Of a DNA stretch of 64,000 bases, positions 9,193 through 19,225 are shown piece by piece. Origin of the DNA: a bacterium (GTDB taxonomy: Bacteria > Margulisbacteria > Marinamargulisbacteria > GCA-2716485 > JAYNIM01); contig JAYNIM010000001.1 of NCBI GenBank assembly GCA_038109055.1, positions 580,981 to 644,980 on the forward strand, written 5' to 3'. Made by a program: the position numbers and the translations under genes. The stretch's first letter is position 1; each line of letters opens with the position of its first letter. Under the pieces are notes generated by a model. It saw nothing but the letters and a program-made list of their open reading frames with translations. It ran no database searches and had not been told where the DNA came from.

Positions 9193-10998
9193 ATGCAACA
9201 AGACAAGCTTAGAAACGTCGCGATTATAGCGCACGTTGATCACGGTAAAACAACCTTGGTCGATCAATTATTTAAACAAAGCGGCTCATTTCGTGACAAC
9301 CAAGCGGTTGAAGAGCGATTAATGGATTCGATGGATCTTGAAAAAGAACGTGGAATTACGATTCGTTCTAAGAATGGCGCTTGTGTTTACAAGGATCATT
9401 TCATTAACATTATTGATACTCCTGGCCACGCTGATTTTGGTGGAGAAGTTGAACGTGTCTTAAAAATGGCAGATGGCGCGTTGTTTTTAGTGGATGCACA
9501 AGAAGGCCCGATGCCACAGTCTTATTTTGTTTTAAAGAAAGCCATTGCCTTACATTTACCTGTCATTGTGGTTGTGAATAAAATCGACAAAGAAAATGCA
9601 CGTCCTGATTGGGTTATCGATCAGGTTTTTGATTTGATGGTTAAATTAAATGCGCCTGATGAATTATTAGACTTCAAGGTTATTTATGCCTCTGCTAAAG
9701 CAGGTATTGCTAGCGTGTCATTGGACTCGCCCGGCCAAGATATGTTTCCTGTACTTGATAGTGTCATCGAGTCGATCCCGGCACCTAGTGGTGATGTATC
9801 AGCCCCCTTTAAGGTCCTCATTAACAGTATTGCCTATGATAACTTTTTGGGTCGCTTGGCCATTGGTAAAATTTATCAGGGCCAGGTTTCTGTGAATCAG
9901 GAAATTGTGATGTCAAATGAAGAAACAGTCTCGGCTAAATCACGAATCAGTAAAATTTATCAATTCAAACTAGATGCCTTTGAAGAAATACCCACCGCTA
10001 TTCCAGGCCAAATTGTTGCCTTGGCTGGTTTAAGTGATATTAAAATTGGTGACACTATTTGTGCGCCTGACGATACTAGCCCTTTAAAAGGGGTTGTCAT
10101 TGATCCTCCAACCTTGTCTATGCAATTTTTAGCCAATGATTCTCCTTTTAGTGGTCAAGATGGTGAATTTGTCACAGGATCTCAAGTTAAAGAACGCCTT
10201 CAAAAAGAAACGCTCTCTGATCCTGCGCTTCATATTTCAGATCTACAAAGCGAAACAGGGACTATGGTGTCGGGTCGTGGTGAACTTCATTTGTCTATTT
10301 TGATTGAAAAAATGCGTCGTGAAGGCTATGAATTTCAGGTCTCTCGTCCTCGCGTTATTATCAAAGATATTGACGGTAAAAAACAAGAACCTTATGAAGA
10401 AGTTACGATTGATATTCCTGAAGAAACAATGGGGGCCGTCATCGAAAGTCTGGGTCATCGCAAAGGTGTGATGCAAGATATGCTCCAAACTGGTAGCCAG
10501 GTACAATTACGCTATCATATCCCCACTCGCGGGTTGCTAGGTTATCAGTCTGAATTTATGACCTTAAGCAAGGGATTAGGCACAATTTATAGCCGTTTTT
10601 TAGAATATCGTGATTATGTAGGTGCGTTTAAAACCCGTCTACGTGGTGTACTAATCAGCAAAGAAGCATGTAAAACTTTGGCCTTTGCACTGTTTAATTT
10701 ACAACAACGTGGTAGTTTGTTTATGGGGCCGGGCACCGATGTTTATGAAGGTCAAATTATTGGTGAGAGTAGCCGTGAAGAGGACATGGTGGTTAATCCA
10801 GGAAAAGGGAAAAAACTCACCAATATGCGGGCATCTGGTTCAGATGAGACGATCATCTTAACGCCTCCTAAACTACTTAGCCTTGAACAATGTATGTCTT
10901 TTATTGATGATAGCGAACTTTTAGAATGTACTCCTAAAGAAATTCGTATTCGAAAACGTTTATTAAGTGAATCTTTGCGTAAACAGCATAAAGTCTAG
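9193..10998 (+). CDS. typA: Translational GTPase TypA/BipA
   Basis: [44 protein letters not shown]. Confidence 0.98.
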   Translation: MQQDKLRNVAIIAHVDHGKTTLVDQLFKQSGSFRDNQAVEERLMDSMDLEKERGITIRSKNGACVYKDHFINIIDTPGHADFGGEVERVLKMADGALFLVDAQEGPMPQSYFVLKKAIALHLPVIVVVNKIDKENARPDWVIDQVFDLMVKLNAPDELLDFKVIYASAKAGIASVSLDSPGQDMFPVLDSVIESIPAPSGDVSAPFKVLINSIAYDNFLGRLAIGKIYQGQVSVNQEIVMSNEETVSAKSRISKIYQFKLDAFEEIPTAIPGQIVALAGLSDIKIGDTICAPDDTSPLKGVVIDPPTLSMQFLANDSPFSGQDGEFVTGSQVKERLQKETLSDPALHISDLQSETGTMVSGRGELHLSILIEKMRREGYEFQVSRPRVIIKDIDGKKQEPYEEVTIDIPEETMGAVIESLGHRKGVMQDMLQTGSQVQLRYHIPTRGLLGYQSEFMTLSKGLGTIYSRFLEYRDYVGAFKTRLRGVLISKEACKTLAFALFNLQQRGSLFMGPGTDVYEGQIIGESSREEDMVVNPGKGKKLTNMRASGSDETIILTPPKLLSLEQCMSFIDDSELLECTPKEIRIRKRLLSESLRKQHKV

Positions 10999-11047
10999 TC
11001 TATTTCTCTTGATTTCTTGACGCTGTATAACCTGTCCGTTACGCTGA

Positions 11048-12250
11048 ATGTCTATGCCCGATTTTTCAGCTATTCGTTCTTGGTTACAACAAGAATCACC
11101 CAATCTTGAACAGCAACTAATACGTTGGTGTGATCTCAACACACATTCTTTTAACTTAGAGGGTCTTTCTGCCTTTTTGGACATGTTTTCTGCTGATATT
11201 CAGGACTTAGGTGCGGCTATTGAACGGCATCCCTTACCTGATTTTCAAAGTATTAGCCTACAAGGCCATGATGAAAAACAAGCCCTAGGCCCCGTACTTT
11301 GTGCGAAAAAACGGCCTAATGCCCCCAAGCAGGTATTGTTGTGTATTCATAGTGATACCGTCTATTTGCCCTCTGATCCTTTTCAGCGCTGTCAACGACT
11401 GGATGAACATACCTTACGAGGGCCCGGTGTGGCAGATGCCAAAGGGGGCTTGATGGTGCTTGTAAGCGGTCTTCGGGCCTTCGAAAAGTTTTGTGATAGT
11501 CAACATGTGGGCTGGACCTTATTACTGGTTCCTGATGAAGAAGTCGGCAGTTTAGGTTCTGCGTCTTTTACCCAATCTCTAGCTAAACAAGCAGATATTG
11601 GCTTGGTCTTTGAGCCCGCTTACCCTAATGGGGCACTTGTTTCGTCCCGTCCTGGTTCTTTGGTTTTACGGCTATCTGCGCGTGGAAAAGCTGCTCATGC
11701 GGGACGAGATTTTGACAACGGCATCAATGCTATTACTGCACTTAGTCGTTTGATTACGACTATTGATCAACAATCCCAGCGTTTTGATGGAAATATTAAC
11801 ATCGGTGTTATTCAAGGAGGCACGGCAGTCAATCAGATTCCCGCTAGCGCTGTCTGTGAAATCAATATCCGAAGTTTGGACCCCAAGGTTCTTGAAAATA
11901 CTCCCCCTTTGTTACAAGAGATCATTGATTCCATGCAAAAAGACTGTCCAGCCTACCTGCAGTTACACCCCTACTGTCATCGTCCACCCAAGCTTTTTGA
12001 TGCGGCTACTCACGCCGCCTATCAGGTCTTACAAGACTGTGCTAAAGATATGTCGCTTCCACTTGACTGGCAACCGAGCTTTGGCGTTTCGGATGCGAAT
12101 TTCATGGCCGCAGCTGGGCTTGTGACGATTGATACCCTAGGCCCTGTTGGGGGGAATCTTCATAGTGATCAAGAATACGTTCAGCTTCCGTCGCTTTGTG
12201 AACGGGCAGAGTTACTGTGTCGCTTTTTACAGCATTTTTCTTTAGACTGA
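11048..12250 (+). CDS. M20 family metallohydrolase (carboxypeptidase G2/ArgE-like)
   Basis: HSDTVY, GPGVADAKGG, DEEVGS, FEP, GKAAHAGR, GGNLHSDQE. Confidence 0.9.
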   Translation: MSMPDFSAIRSWLQQESPNLEQQLIRWCDLNTHSFNLEGLSAFLDMFSADIQDLGAAIERHPLPDFQSISLQGHDEKQALGPVLCAKKRPNAPKQVLLCIHSDTVYLPSDPFQRCQRLDEHTLRGPGVADAKGGLMVLVSGLRAFEKFCDSQHVGWTLLLVPDEEVGSLGSASFTQSLAKQADIGLVFEPAYPNGALVSSRPGSLVLRLSARGKAAHAGRDFDNGINAITALSRLITTIDQQSQRFDGNINIGVIQGGTAVNQIPASAVCEINIRSLDPKVLENTPPLLQEIIDSMQKDCPAYLQLHPYCHRPPKLFDAATHAAYQVLQDCAKDMSLPLDWQPSFGVSDANFMAAAGLVTIDTLGPVGGNLHSDQEYVQLPSLCERAELLCRFLQHFSLD

Positions 12251-12268
12251 ACCTCTAAGAACCTTCGT

Positions 12269-12685
12269 TTAATTCTCTGCTTTATCATCCTTAGATTGTT
12301 TCTCTTTGTCTTTCTCTTTCTTTTCCTCTTTCTCTTTGCTTCGAACAATCTGGCGTACAGATAGTCCATTATTTTTGATTAATTCCGTAATTTTCTCATT
12401 CGAGACAGTTTTGTTCGGCTTCATCTTGATAGAGACAGTCCCCTCCTCTAAAGACACATTAATACTGGCGACTGCAGCATGCTGCGCGAATACTTTCTCT
12501 AGTCCTCTTGCACAAAAGTCACAGACCATGCCTTCAACATAGCTGGTTACCGTTTTATCGTCTCCCTCTTTAACTGTTTGTTTATTTTTATGCTTGTTCT
12601 CTGCCTTATCTATCGGTGCTTGCCCTAAGATTATGGACATATTGAATAGACATATGATACTTATTAACATCCCTATTTTTTTCAT
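12269..12685 (-). CDS. Exported heavy-metal-associated (HMA) domain protein
   Basis: Signal peptide; VEGMVCDFCARGLEK CxxC motif. Confidence 0.85.
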   Translation of the reverse strand: MKKIGMLISIICLFNMSIILGQAPIDKAENKHKNKQTVKEGDDKTVTSYVEGMVCDFCARGLEKVFAQHAAVASINVSLEEGTVSIKMKPNKTVSNEKITELIKNNGLSVRQIVRSKEKEEKKEKDKEKQSKDDKAEN

Positions 12686-12718
12686 TTTTTCTCCTTTTAA
12701 TTCTTAAAAATTTTCATC

Positions 12719-13357
12719 TCAAAACCGAATGACCCAATTTAACATTCCTTTCCCATTTGAATTGATCCCTATTTCTAAAAGACATACTCCTTTCAAGAAT
12801 CTCAGCAGAGGCGTAATAATCAATTGCTGCTTACGCTGATTTTCTGAAGGATGGTGTTCAACTTGTAACATAATCCAGCTATGCAAGCTCCCATATTCTG
12901 CAACATATGGAGCTATTCCCACTCGTGCGTTTTGATGAAAAGACCCCTTATCTATATTCTTTGTATACTCACCCATGCCTGTATAGGCCACAAAATAACG
13001 CCGTGTTTCCCAATCTCCAGCTATAGCCATACTCATAGTCAGGTTGTCTTTATCCTCATACTGGGCAGCGCCTATTTGTGACTTTAGATATAAATTTGCT
13101 TGTGAAAAACGTGTATTTCTTCGCTTAAGTAAATGGTTCCATTTAACGTTTATATTGATACGGCCTTCATTGTGGTAATCGTCGATATTGAGACCTAGTG
13201 AATTCTTAATATTTGGTGAATAATGGACGTGTATCCAAGATTTGTCCCATTGATTCATTTGCATGATGGTCCAAGCACCTGGATACGAAATAGGCCGTGC
13301 TGTTAGTACTGAGCACCCGATCAGTATACCCCCGATTAGAAAGGATATTCTTTTCAT
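12719..13357 (-). CDS. Exported hypothetical protein, probable outer-membrane beta-barrel, upstream of HMA gene
   Basis: Signal peptide then ARPISYPGAWT; DWETRRYF; C-terminal Phe. Confidence 0.6.
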   Translation of the reverse strand: MKRISFLIGGILIGCSVLTARPISYPGAWTIMQMNQWDKSWIHVHYSPNIKNSLGLNIDDYHNEGRININVKWNHLLKRRNTRFSQANLYLKSQIGAAQYEDKDNLTMSMAIAGDWETRRYFVAYTGMGEYTKNIDKGSFHQNARVGIAPYVAEYGSLHSWIMLQVEHHPSENQRKQQLIITPLLRFLKGVCLLEIGINSNGKGMLNWVIRF

Positions 13358-13402
13358 GCACTGTATAATAGAACAACTTTCCCTAGTTTACTATTTTTTT
13401 AA

Positions 13403-14188
13403 TTAGGTATCGCTAACATTTTTACTCAGATTTATTCTGAAAGGAAAAAACATAGGCACCTCTTTTTGATAACGTGCAAAGGCGTCTCCTCGTTTTGCCA
13501 ATGATAGACGCTCTGTATATGGCCCTGACATAAAACGTACAATTATAAAATTCATTAAGGGAGCAACCCATGCGAGATATGCAAGTTGCCCCTGCGAAGC
13601 AAAGACTGCCAAACTGACCCATACACAACAATCAAAAAAATAATTTGGATGTCGACATAGACGCCATAATCCCTCACGGCATAGGGTATCATCTCCTTTT
13701 TTCTTGTGTGTATATTTCTGCCAGTCTGCCCATGCTTCTGCGACTAAAGATAGACTGAAACCCCCTATTGCCAAATAGTGCATAATCCCTAAGGCTATGG
13801 TGTCTATTGAATAAACAGGCATTAAAATTGAGCATAATATGACTTGCAAACTTGCTTGCAGATAAAAATGCCTTAATCGTTTGACTCCTCGTTGTTTTCC
13901 CCATTTTTTTTCAAATACCGTATATCGTGGATCCTGCTTTCCTTTTAAACTACGTGTAAAAAATAAAAAGCTGGCCAAACGCAGTCCCCATAATGTGATC
14001 ATTATGGTAAAGATACACTGGCCGAGTGAACTCCCTACATTAAGATAGGCCATCCATGCTGTAACCACGACGCCTATACTCCAACATACATCGATAAAAG
14101 AGGTATTATTGATTACATGTGCAATCGCTGCCCCAATCGTCATCACTATAAAAGGCATTATGATGACTACTATCAATACTGTCATCAT
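13403..14188 (-). CDS. DUF1295 steroid 5-alpha reductase-like membrane protein
   Basis: IDVCWS, WGLRLA, DPRY, ADWQK, GLWRLCRHPNYF. Confidence 0.9.
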   Translation of the reverse strand: MMTVLIVVIIMPFIVMTIGAAIAHVINNTSFIDVCWSIGVVVTAWMAYLNVGSSLGQCIFTIMITLWGLRLASFLFFTRSLKGKQDPRYTVFEKKWGKQRGVKRLRHFYLQASLQVILCSILMPVYSIDTIALGIMHYLAIGGFSLSLVAEAWADWQKYTHKKKGDDTLCREGLWRLCRHPNYFFDCCVWVSLAVFASQGQLAYLAWVAPLMNFIIVRFMSGPYTERLSLAKRGDAFARYQKEVPMFFPFRINLSKNVSDT

Positions 14189-16137
14189 GATGTTTTTATT
14201 TTCTTTTGATAATGCAATTGATAACAGCCCAAATAATCTGTTTGAAAGGCGCCTTCACAATAGGCAAAATAATATACCCATTTTCTGTAAAACTCTTCAC
14301 TAAACCCCATCGTCAAAATTAGCTCTTTTTTTGATTCAAAGGCTTGTCGCCACATTGCCAACGTTTTGGCATAACTTTGAGCAATATTTTGAGACTTACG
14401 CATCTGTAAATTTGTTTGTTTCTCTATCAAAAGCTGCATTCTTTCTAAAGAAGGCAAATGTCCTCCCGGAAAAATATGTTTTTTTATAAAATCTGTCTCT
14501 TTACAGTAGTTGTCGTATAAAGCGTCTGGATAGGTAATGGTTTGTAGTGCAAAATAGCCCCCTTCTTTTAAACATTTATCACAGGTCTTCACATAAGTTT
14601 CTAAATATTCTTTCCCTACAGCTTCAATCATTTCAATCGAGATAATGGCATCATATTCACCTTGAACATTACGATAATCTTGCAACTTAATGTCAACTTT
14701 ATCTCCGACGCCTTGTTCTTTTACCACCTGTTCTGCATACTCTTTTTGCTTTTCTGATAAGGTAACGGTTGTGACCTTACATCCATAGGTTTTGGCTATA
14801 TATGCTGCAACATAGCCCCAGCCAGATCCAATTTCTAACACATGCTGGTCTTTTTTCAGCTCTAATCCCTGGCATAAGTAGTTGACTTTTTGTTCTTGTG
14901 CGTCTTGTAGACTATCTGTCTTTTTAAGAAATACCCCAGATGAATACATCATGGTTGAATCAAGAAATAATTGGTAAAACTTATTGCCTAGATCATAGTG
15001 CTCAGAGATATTTTCCTTGCTTTTTTTAATTGAGTTTTTACGTAAGCGATGCCCTAAAAGATCCATCATTCGACGCAAAGGTTTGGACATAAATTGTTTT
15101 TCTATAGGAACTAAATTATGAATCATAAAAACTATCACATCTGTTAAATTCGGACTCTCCCACTCCCCTTTCATATAACTTTCCCCAAAGCCAATTTCGC
15201 CGCCCTTTTGAACAGAGCGAAAAAACCAGTTATGCCTAATATGTATTTTTGCACGAGGAATGGCCTCTTCTTTTCCTAAGGTAATGGTATCACCATTGGT
15301 TAGTTTAATTTCTGCATGTCCCTTTTCAATCAATGGGTTCAGTTTTTTGATTTTATTCACGATTATTTTTTCGATCCAATTTAGAGGCATGGGTCTTAAA
15401 ACCTGTTGTGATGTTAATTTAGGTTTTGAATATGCTTCTAGTTTTTTAAAACTATAAAGACGTAAGGCTTCGAACAAAATTCGAGGATAAACTAAAAATG
15501 TCGTAAAAGGATGTGTTAGTAATAGTTTGACTACGTGAAAACGCGTTAAGTTGGTCTTTTTCCCCACAAAATTTGCATAAAATACCTTTTGTTCATTAAT
15601 GACATAATCAATATGGACTTCAAAACGTTGGTCTGTATCTAAAACCTTAAACGTATAAGTGCCTTCTTCATTAAAAAAGGGTGACACGTGAAAGTGTTTA
15701 TCCACCGTTACTCGCTGGGCAGACTGGCACTCTTCGACTTTGTAAAAACTTGCTTCTTTATAGGTATTGGTGACCTCCGCAATCATCCCTTTCATTTGTT
15801 TATGTTTGTCATAACAAAGATAAAACCCTACTGGCCGAAATGTTTTTAACATTAAACGCGGAATAGACACCATATAAATTTGACTAATCTCTTCATGGTC
15901 CTTAAAAGTCTGGATGACCTGTTTTAATTTCTCTTCTATTGATTTGGGTGTATCATGCAAATAATCTTCATCCCACACAGACAGTAATCGTCGCTTGTTA
16001 TAACCCGTAAATAAGCCGTCGTTAAAGGTAGATAGTTTTTTAATATCGAGCTGCAACATATATAATGGATAGCTAAAGTCGTGTTTTTTAGGCTGAAAGC
16101 GCACATGTTTTGTTGAGCCTAGAATTAAGGTTTTCAT
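14185..16137 (-). CDS. cfa: DUF1365 domain fused to cyclopropane-fatty-acyl-phospholipid synthase-family methyltransferase
   Basis: N-term HVRFQPKKHDFSY, AEVTNTY, KHFHVSPF (DUF1365); C-term GFGESYM, NISEHYDLGN, VLEIGSGWG, SIEMIEAVG, IFPGGHLP, YFAYCEG. Confidence 0.92.
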   Translation of the reverse strand: MKTLILGSTKHVRFQPKKHDFSYPLYMLQLDIKKLSTFNDGLFTGYNKRRLLSVWDEDYLHDTPKSIEEKLKQVIQTFKDHEEISQIYMVSIPRLMLKTFRPVGFYLCYDKHKQMKGMIAEVTNTYKEASFYKVEECQSAQRVTVDKHFHVSPFFNEEGTYTFKVLDTDQRFEVHIDYVINEQKVFYANFVGKKTNLTRFHVVKLLLTHPFTTFLVYPRILFEALRLYSFKKLEAYSKPKLTSQQVLRPMPLNWIEKIIVNKIKKLNPLIEKGHAEIKLTNGDTITLGKEEAIPRAKIHIRHNWFFRSVQKGGEIGFGESYMKGEWESPNLTDVIVFMIHNLVPIEKQFMSKPLRRMMDLLGHRLRKNSIKKSKENISEHYDLGNKFYQLFLDSTMMYSSGVFLKKTDSLQDAQEQKVNYLCQGLELKKDQHVLEIGSGWGYVAAYIAKTYGCKVTTVTLSEKQKEYAEQVVKEQGVGDKVDIKLQDYRNVQGEYDAIISIEMIEAVGKEYLETYVKTCDKCLKEGGYFALQTITYPDALYDNYCKETDFIKKHIFPGGHLPSLERMQLLIEKQTNLQMRKSQNIAQSYAKTLAMWRQAFESKKELILTMGFSEEFYRKWVYYFAYCEGAFQTDYLGCYQLHYQKKIKTS

Positions 16138-17387
16138 AAGTGACCTCCTAAAGGTAAACAGGCGTCTACGGCGGATCGTACGCCATCCTCATGAAACCCA
16201 TTTCCAAAATAACTCCCGCAAAAATGTAGTTTGCCTTGATTTAACTCTGATAAGTAGGTCTGTGACTGTAGCGAATCTGATGAATAGATAGGATGGGTAA
16301 AGCTTACTCTATGATGTATTTTTTCTATCCTAATATTATTGGGATCATTTAATGTCACAAAATAAGGCGTGTCAGAATTAATGCGTTGTAAACGATTCAT
16401 ATAATACGACATTTGCAGTGAATCCGCATCGTTTTTAATTTGCTGCACTTCCCAGGAGCTCCAAGCTACTTTCCGAGGTGGCATCACACTGGGATCACTA
16501 TGTAAACATGCTGTATTTGTAGAATAGTTCCATACGCTTAATAACTGCTTTTCACGTGTGGTGGGTTGATCAAGAATCTTTAAGGCTTGATCTGCGTGGG
16601 TTGCGATGATTGCAAGATCGACCTGATATTTACTGCCTCTTTCTCCCTGTATCTCAACACCCTTTGTGTTTCTCTTTACTCGTTTGACAGGGTCATTTAT
16701 TTTAATTTCACCCTGAAATTTTCTTTCAAATGCATCAATATAGCGCTGGCTACCGCCTACTAATGTTTTCCATATCGGTCGTGTTCCTAAGGTTAATAGC
16801 TGATGATTTTTCCAAAATAAAAAAAAGGCCTTTGCGGGAAACCCTAAGACCTCTTTTATGGGACACGACCATATCGCTGCACCCATTGCTAAAATATAGG
16901 CCTGTTTTAGTAATATGCCAGAATCTAGTGTTTCTAGGTACTGTCCAACGGTCTGCTCTCCTATGTTGTCTTGATTTAAATCTCTTAATACTCTCTTATT
17001 AAAGGCTGAGATATCGTATAAAAAACGCCAAAACCTTGGCGAAATCACTTGCCGTTTTTGCGCAAATGTCCCAAAAGGAAAATCACTATTGTAGTAAAAG
17101 TTTTTTTCCTTATCATAAAACCCAAATGACATGTCTGAATCTTGATAGTCAACCCCCAATCCCTTTAAAAATTGGGTAAATAAGGGATAGGTTAATAGGT
17201 TAAACACAATAAAGCCCATATCAATATTTAGGGGCCCTAGTACTGGGTCATTGACTGGAACTGTATATGTATGGCCCCCTAAGCGCTCTTTTGCTTCTAT
17301 TAGGAGCACATCGTATTTATGTTGTAACATATGAGCGGAAACAATGCCGGATATCCCTGATCCAATGACTGCGACCTTTTTCTTCAT
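16134..17387 (-). CDS. FAD-dependent oxidoreductase (COG2907-type; UfaD-like)
   Basis: VAVIGSGISG, RLGGHT, DMGFIVFN..TYP, ATHADQAL, GFHEDG. Confidence 0.9.
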   Translation of the reverse strand: MKKKVAVIGSGISGIVSAHMLQHKYDVLLIEAKERLGGHTYTVPVNDPVLGPLNIDMGFIVFNLLTYPLFTQFLKGLGVDYQDSDMSFGFYDKEKNFYYNSDFPFGTFAQKRQVISPRFWRFLYDISAFNKRVLRDLNQDNIGEQTVGQYLETLDSGILLKQAYILAMGAAIWSCPIKEVLGFPAKAFFLFWKNHQLLTLGTRPIWKTLVGGSQRYIDAFERKFQGEIKINDPVKRVKRNTKGVEIQGERGSKYQVDLAIIATHADQALKILDQPTTREKQLLSVWNYSTNTACLHSDPSVMPPRKVAWSSWEVQQIKNDADSLQMSYYMNRLQRINSDTPYFVTLNDPNNIRIEKIHHRVSFTHPIYSSDSLQSQTYLSELNQGKLHFCGSYFGNGFHEDGVRSAVDACLPLGGHL

Positions 17388-17890
17388 ATTTTTACTATCC
17401 TTTTATGCATATACATAAGTGTAGGCATGGTAACGATCCACATAAAAGCGATCCACCCCAAGGAATATCCCAACGATTCATTTAATTGTAATGCTCCTAA
17501 TTTTTCTCCACTCCAATAGGCCAAGGGGCCGGCTATACCTCCTAATAAGACCGCTATTTTTTTATGTTTGTGTACCCAGGCTAAACTATAATCAAAGGTA
17601 GACACAAAATGGCACCACATCCCTACCATAAATAAGGGACTTACGTCTTTAACACGAGAGGTCATCGTCATGACCCCTATCTGTATCAAGCAGGTATCTG
17701 CTATAAACCCCAGACCTGCTGCGCTTAGATAAAATAAGGCACTGTTTTTTTTATTTTTTGAACATAACCAGTGGCCCACCAACGATACCCCTATCGCAGA
17801 TACGCTATACAATGGTAGGCCTTTTCCAGCCATGATTGCGGCAAAAAACCAAATTACTTGAAAAACAATTATGCTAATTAGTATATTCAT
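17384..17890 (-). CDS. DUF2878 membrane protein
   Basis: FQVIWF, GGIAGPLAYWSGEKLGA; typical cfa-cluster position. Confidence 0.8.
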   Translation of the reverse strand: MNILISIIVFQVIWFFAAIMAGKGLPLYSVSAIGVSLVGHWLCSKNKKNSALFYLSAAGLGFIADTCLIQIGVMTMTSRVKDVSPLFMVGMWCHFVSTFDYSLAWVHKHKKIAVLLGGIAGPLAYWSGEKLGALQLNESLGYSLGWIAFMWIVTMPTLMYMHKRIVKI

Positions 17891-17961
17891 AAATCTGTCC
17901 TTAACTATACGAAAAAAGAGCTAAAATCTCTATATTTCACTCTTTGACATATTTTGTATTT

Positions 17962-18666
17962 TCATCTTAATTTACCTATTAATTCCATCTCAAAGATATT
18001 CGATTTCTGTCCTGTAGATTCTTCATCTTGCAGTGGCCCTCTATACAGAACAGTCTCTCCAGTTTCAGGATCTACCCATAACGTTGCTTTCCAAAAAAAA
18101 GCTTTCCAACCTTGAGGAGCCATTCTATAGGTTGTATATGTCTTCCATTTACCATTCATTTCTATCTCTTCTTCTCCTAATTCATAAATCTCCATTTTAA
18201 TTACTGTTGCACTTCGTGAACTGATAATCCAAAAGTCTATTTTTTCTTCTTTCTTTAGAAAATGATCTCTTAGCATAATCCCGGGCGCATTGATCCAAGG
18301 ACGTGTGTCAATCTTTGTTGTTTTGCTGATTTTTTCCCCCTCTATGATGCCTGTAAATGTTAAATAATTGCCCTGTCGAACCACCCTAAAACGGCTATTT
18401 TCTTCTTTGCGGTTTACCTGCATGGATGTTCCTTTTTCGCCTTTTTCGTCGGTGTAAATAATCACCGTTTCTGGTTCTCTTAAAATCGTTATTTTGTGAT
18501 AAGACGGATGTTCTTCAACCAAAATATGATGATCATAAATGTGATCGCCAATCTTGTCGTGATAGTGATATTTTTCTGAATATTCTTGTGAATATGTCAT
18601 TGCGGTCATCATGCTTATCATGCCAAATAATGTTAAACATATATTCCTTATTTGTTTTTGATACAT
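17962..18666 (-). CDS. Exported hypothetical protein
   Basis: Signal-peptide-like N-terminus, beta-rich 234-aa ORF. Confidence 0.65.
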   Translation of the reverse strand: MYQKQIRNICLTLFGMISMMTAMTYSQEYSEKYHYHDKIGDHIYDHHILVEEHPSYHKITILREPETVIIYTDEKGEKGTSMQVNRKEENSRFRVVRQGNYLTFTGIIEGEKISKTTKIDTRPWINAPGIMLRDHFLKKEEKIDFWIISSRSATVIKMEIYELGEEEIEMNGKWKTYTTYRMAPQGWKAFFWKATLWVDPETGETVLYRGPLQDEESTGQKSNIFEMELIGKLR

Positions 18667-18754
18667 TTTTTAATTATAACGTTTTATTTTAAAAAATAGT
18701 ATTTTTCTGGCTATATTCGTTATTTCCATTACTTCTTCGCTTTATCTTTATTGT

Positions 18755-19225
18755 CTACTGAAATAACTCATTTAAATATGGATCTTCGAACTCTATATTT
18801 CCTTCTTTGGCAGATATTCCTGATAGTTCAAAACTAAAAACCTCGTCTTCTTGCTTTACTACTCGTATTACCCCTTGGATTTCAACCCCTCTCAGGTCCA
18901 TATCCAAGGGAATCTCTTCTTTCATGGTGACATAGATCATTTGATTGGGGGGAGGCGGTGGTATATGGATACATGCCAAGGGATTTGGCACTAATAAAAA
19001 CTCTGTTACTGTATCAATGTAGCCATCCATTTCCAAAGGGACAATAAACCCTGCTACCTCTACCATTTGATTATTCAGTTTATTTAATGACTCTGACATT
19101 TTTCCGCTTTGATAATCTAAGTCTTCCATCCTTTCCCAGGATAAAGAACTAACAGCGTTAGCCCAATGACAATTTAGTGCTATCCCCCATATTACAAATA
19201 GCCATAGCCAAATGTTTTTTTTCAA
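18755..19225 (-). CDS. DUF3299 family protein (ZrgD-like)
   Basis: GFIVPLE, EFLLVP...ACIHIPPPPPNQMIYV; probable TTG start at 19225 overlapping upstream TGA. Confidence 0.88.
   Translation of the reverse strand: MKKNIWLWLFVIWGIALNCHWANAVSSLSWERMEDLDYQSGKMSESLNKLNNQMVEVAGFIVPLEMDGYIDTVTEFLLVPNPLACIHIPPPPPNQMIYVTMKEEIPLDMDLRGVEIQGVIRVVKQEDEVFSFELSGISAKEGNIEFEDPYLNELFQ

Noticed and set aside
17891..17961. sigmaE-ChrR type promoter (TGATC-N18-CGTA) before the cfa operon
   Set aside because: CGTA present but no TGATC at the proper spacing
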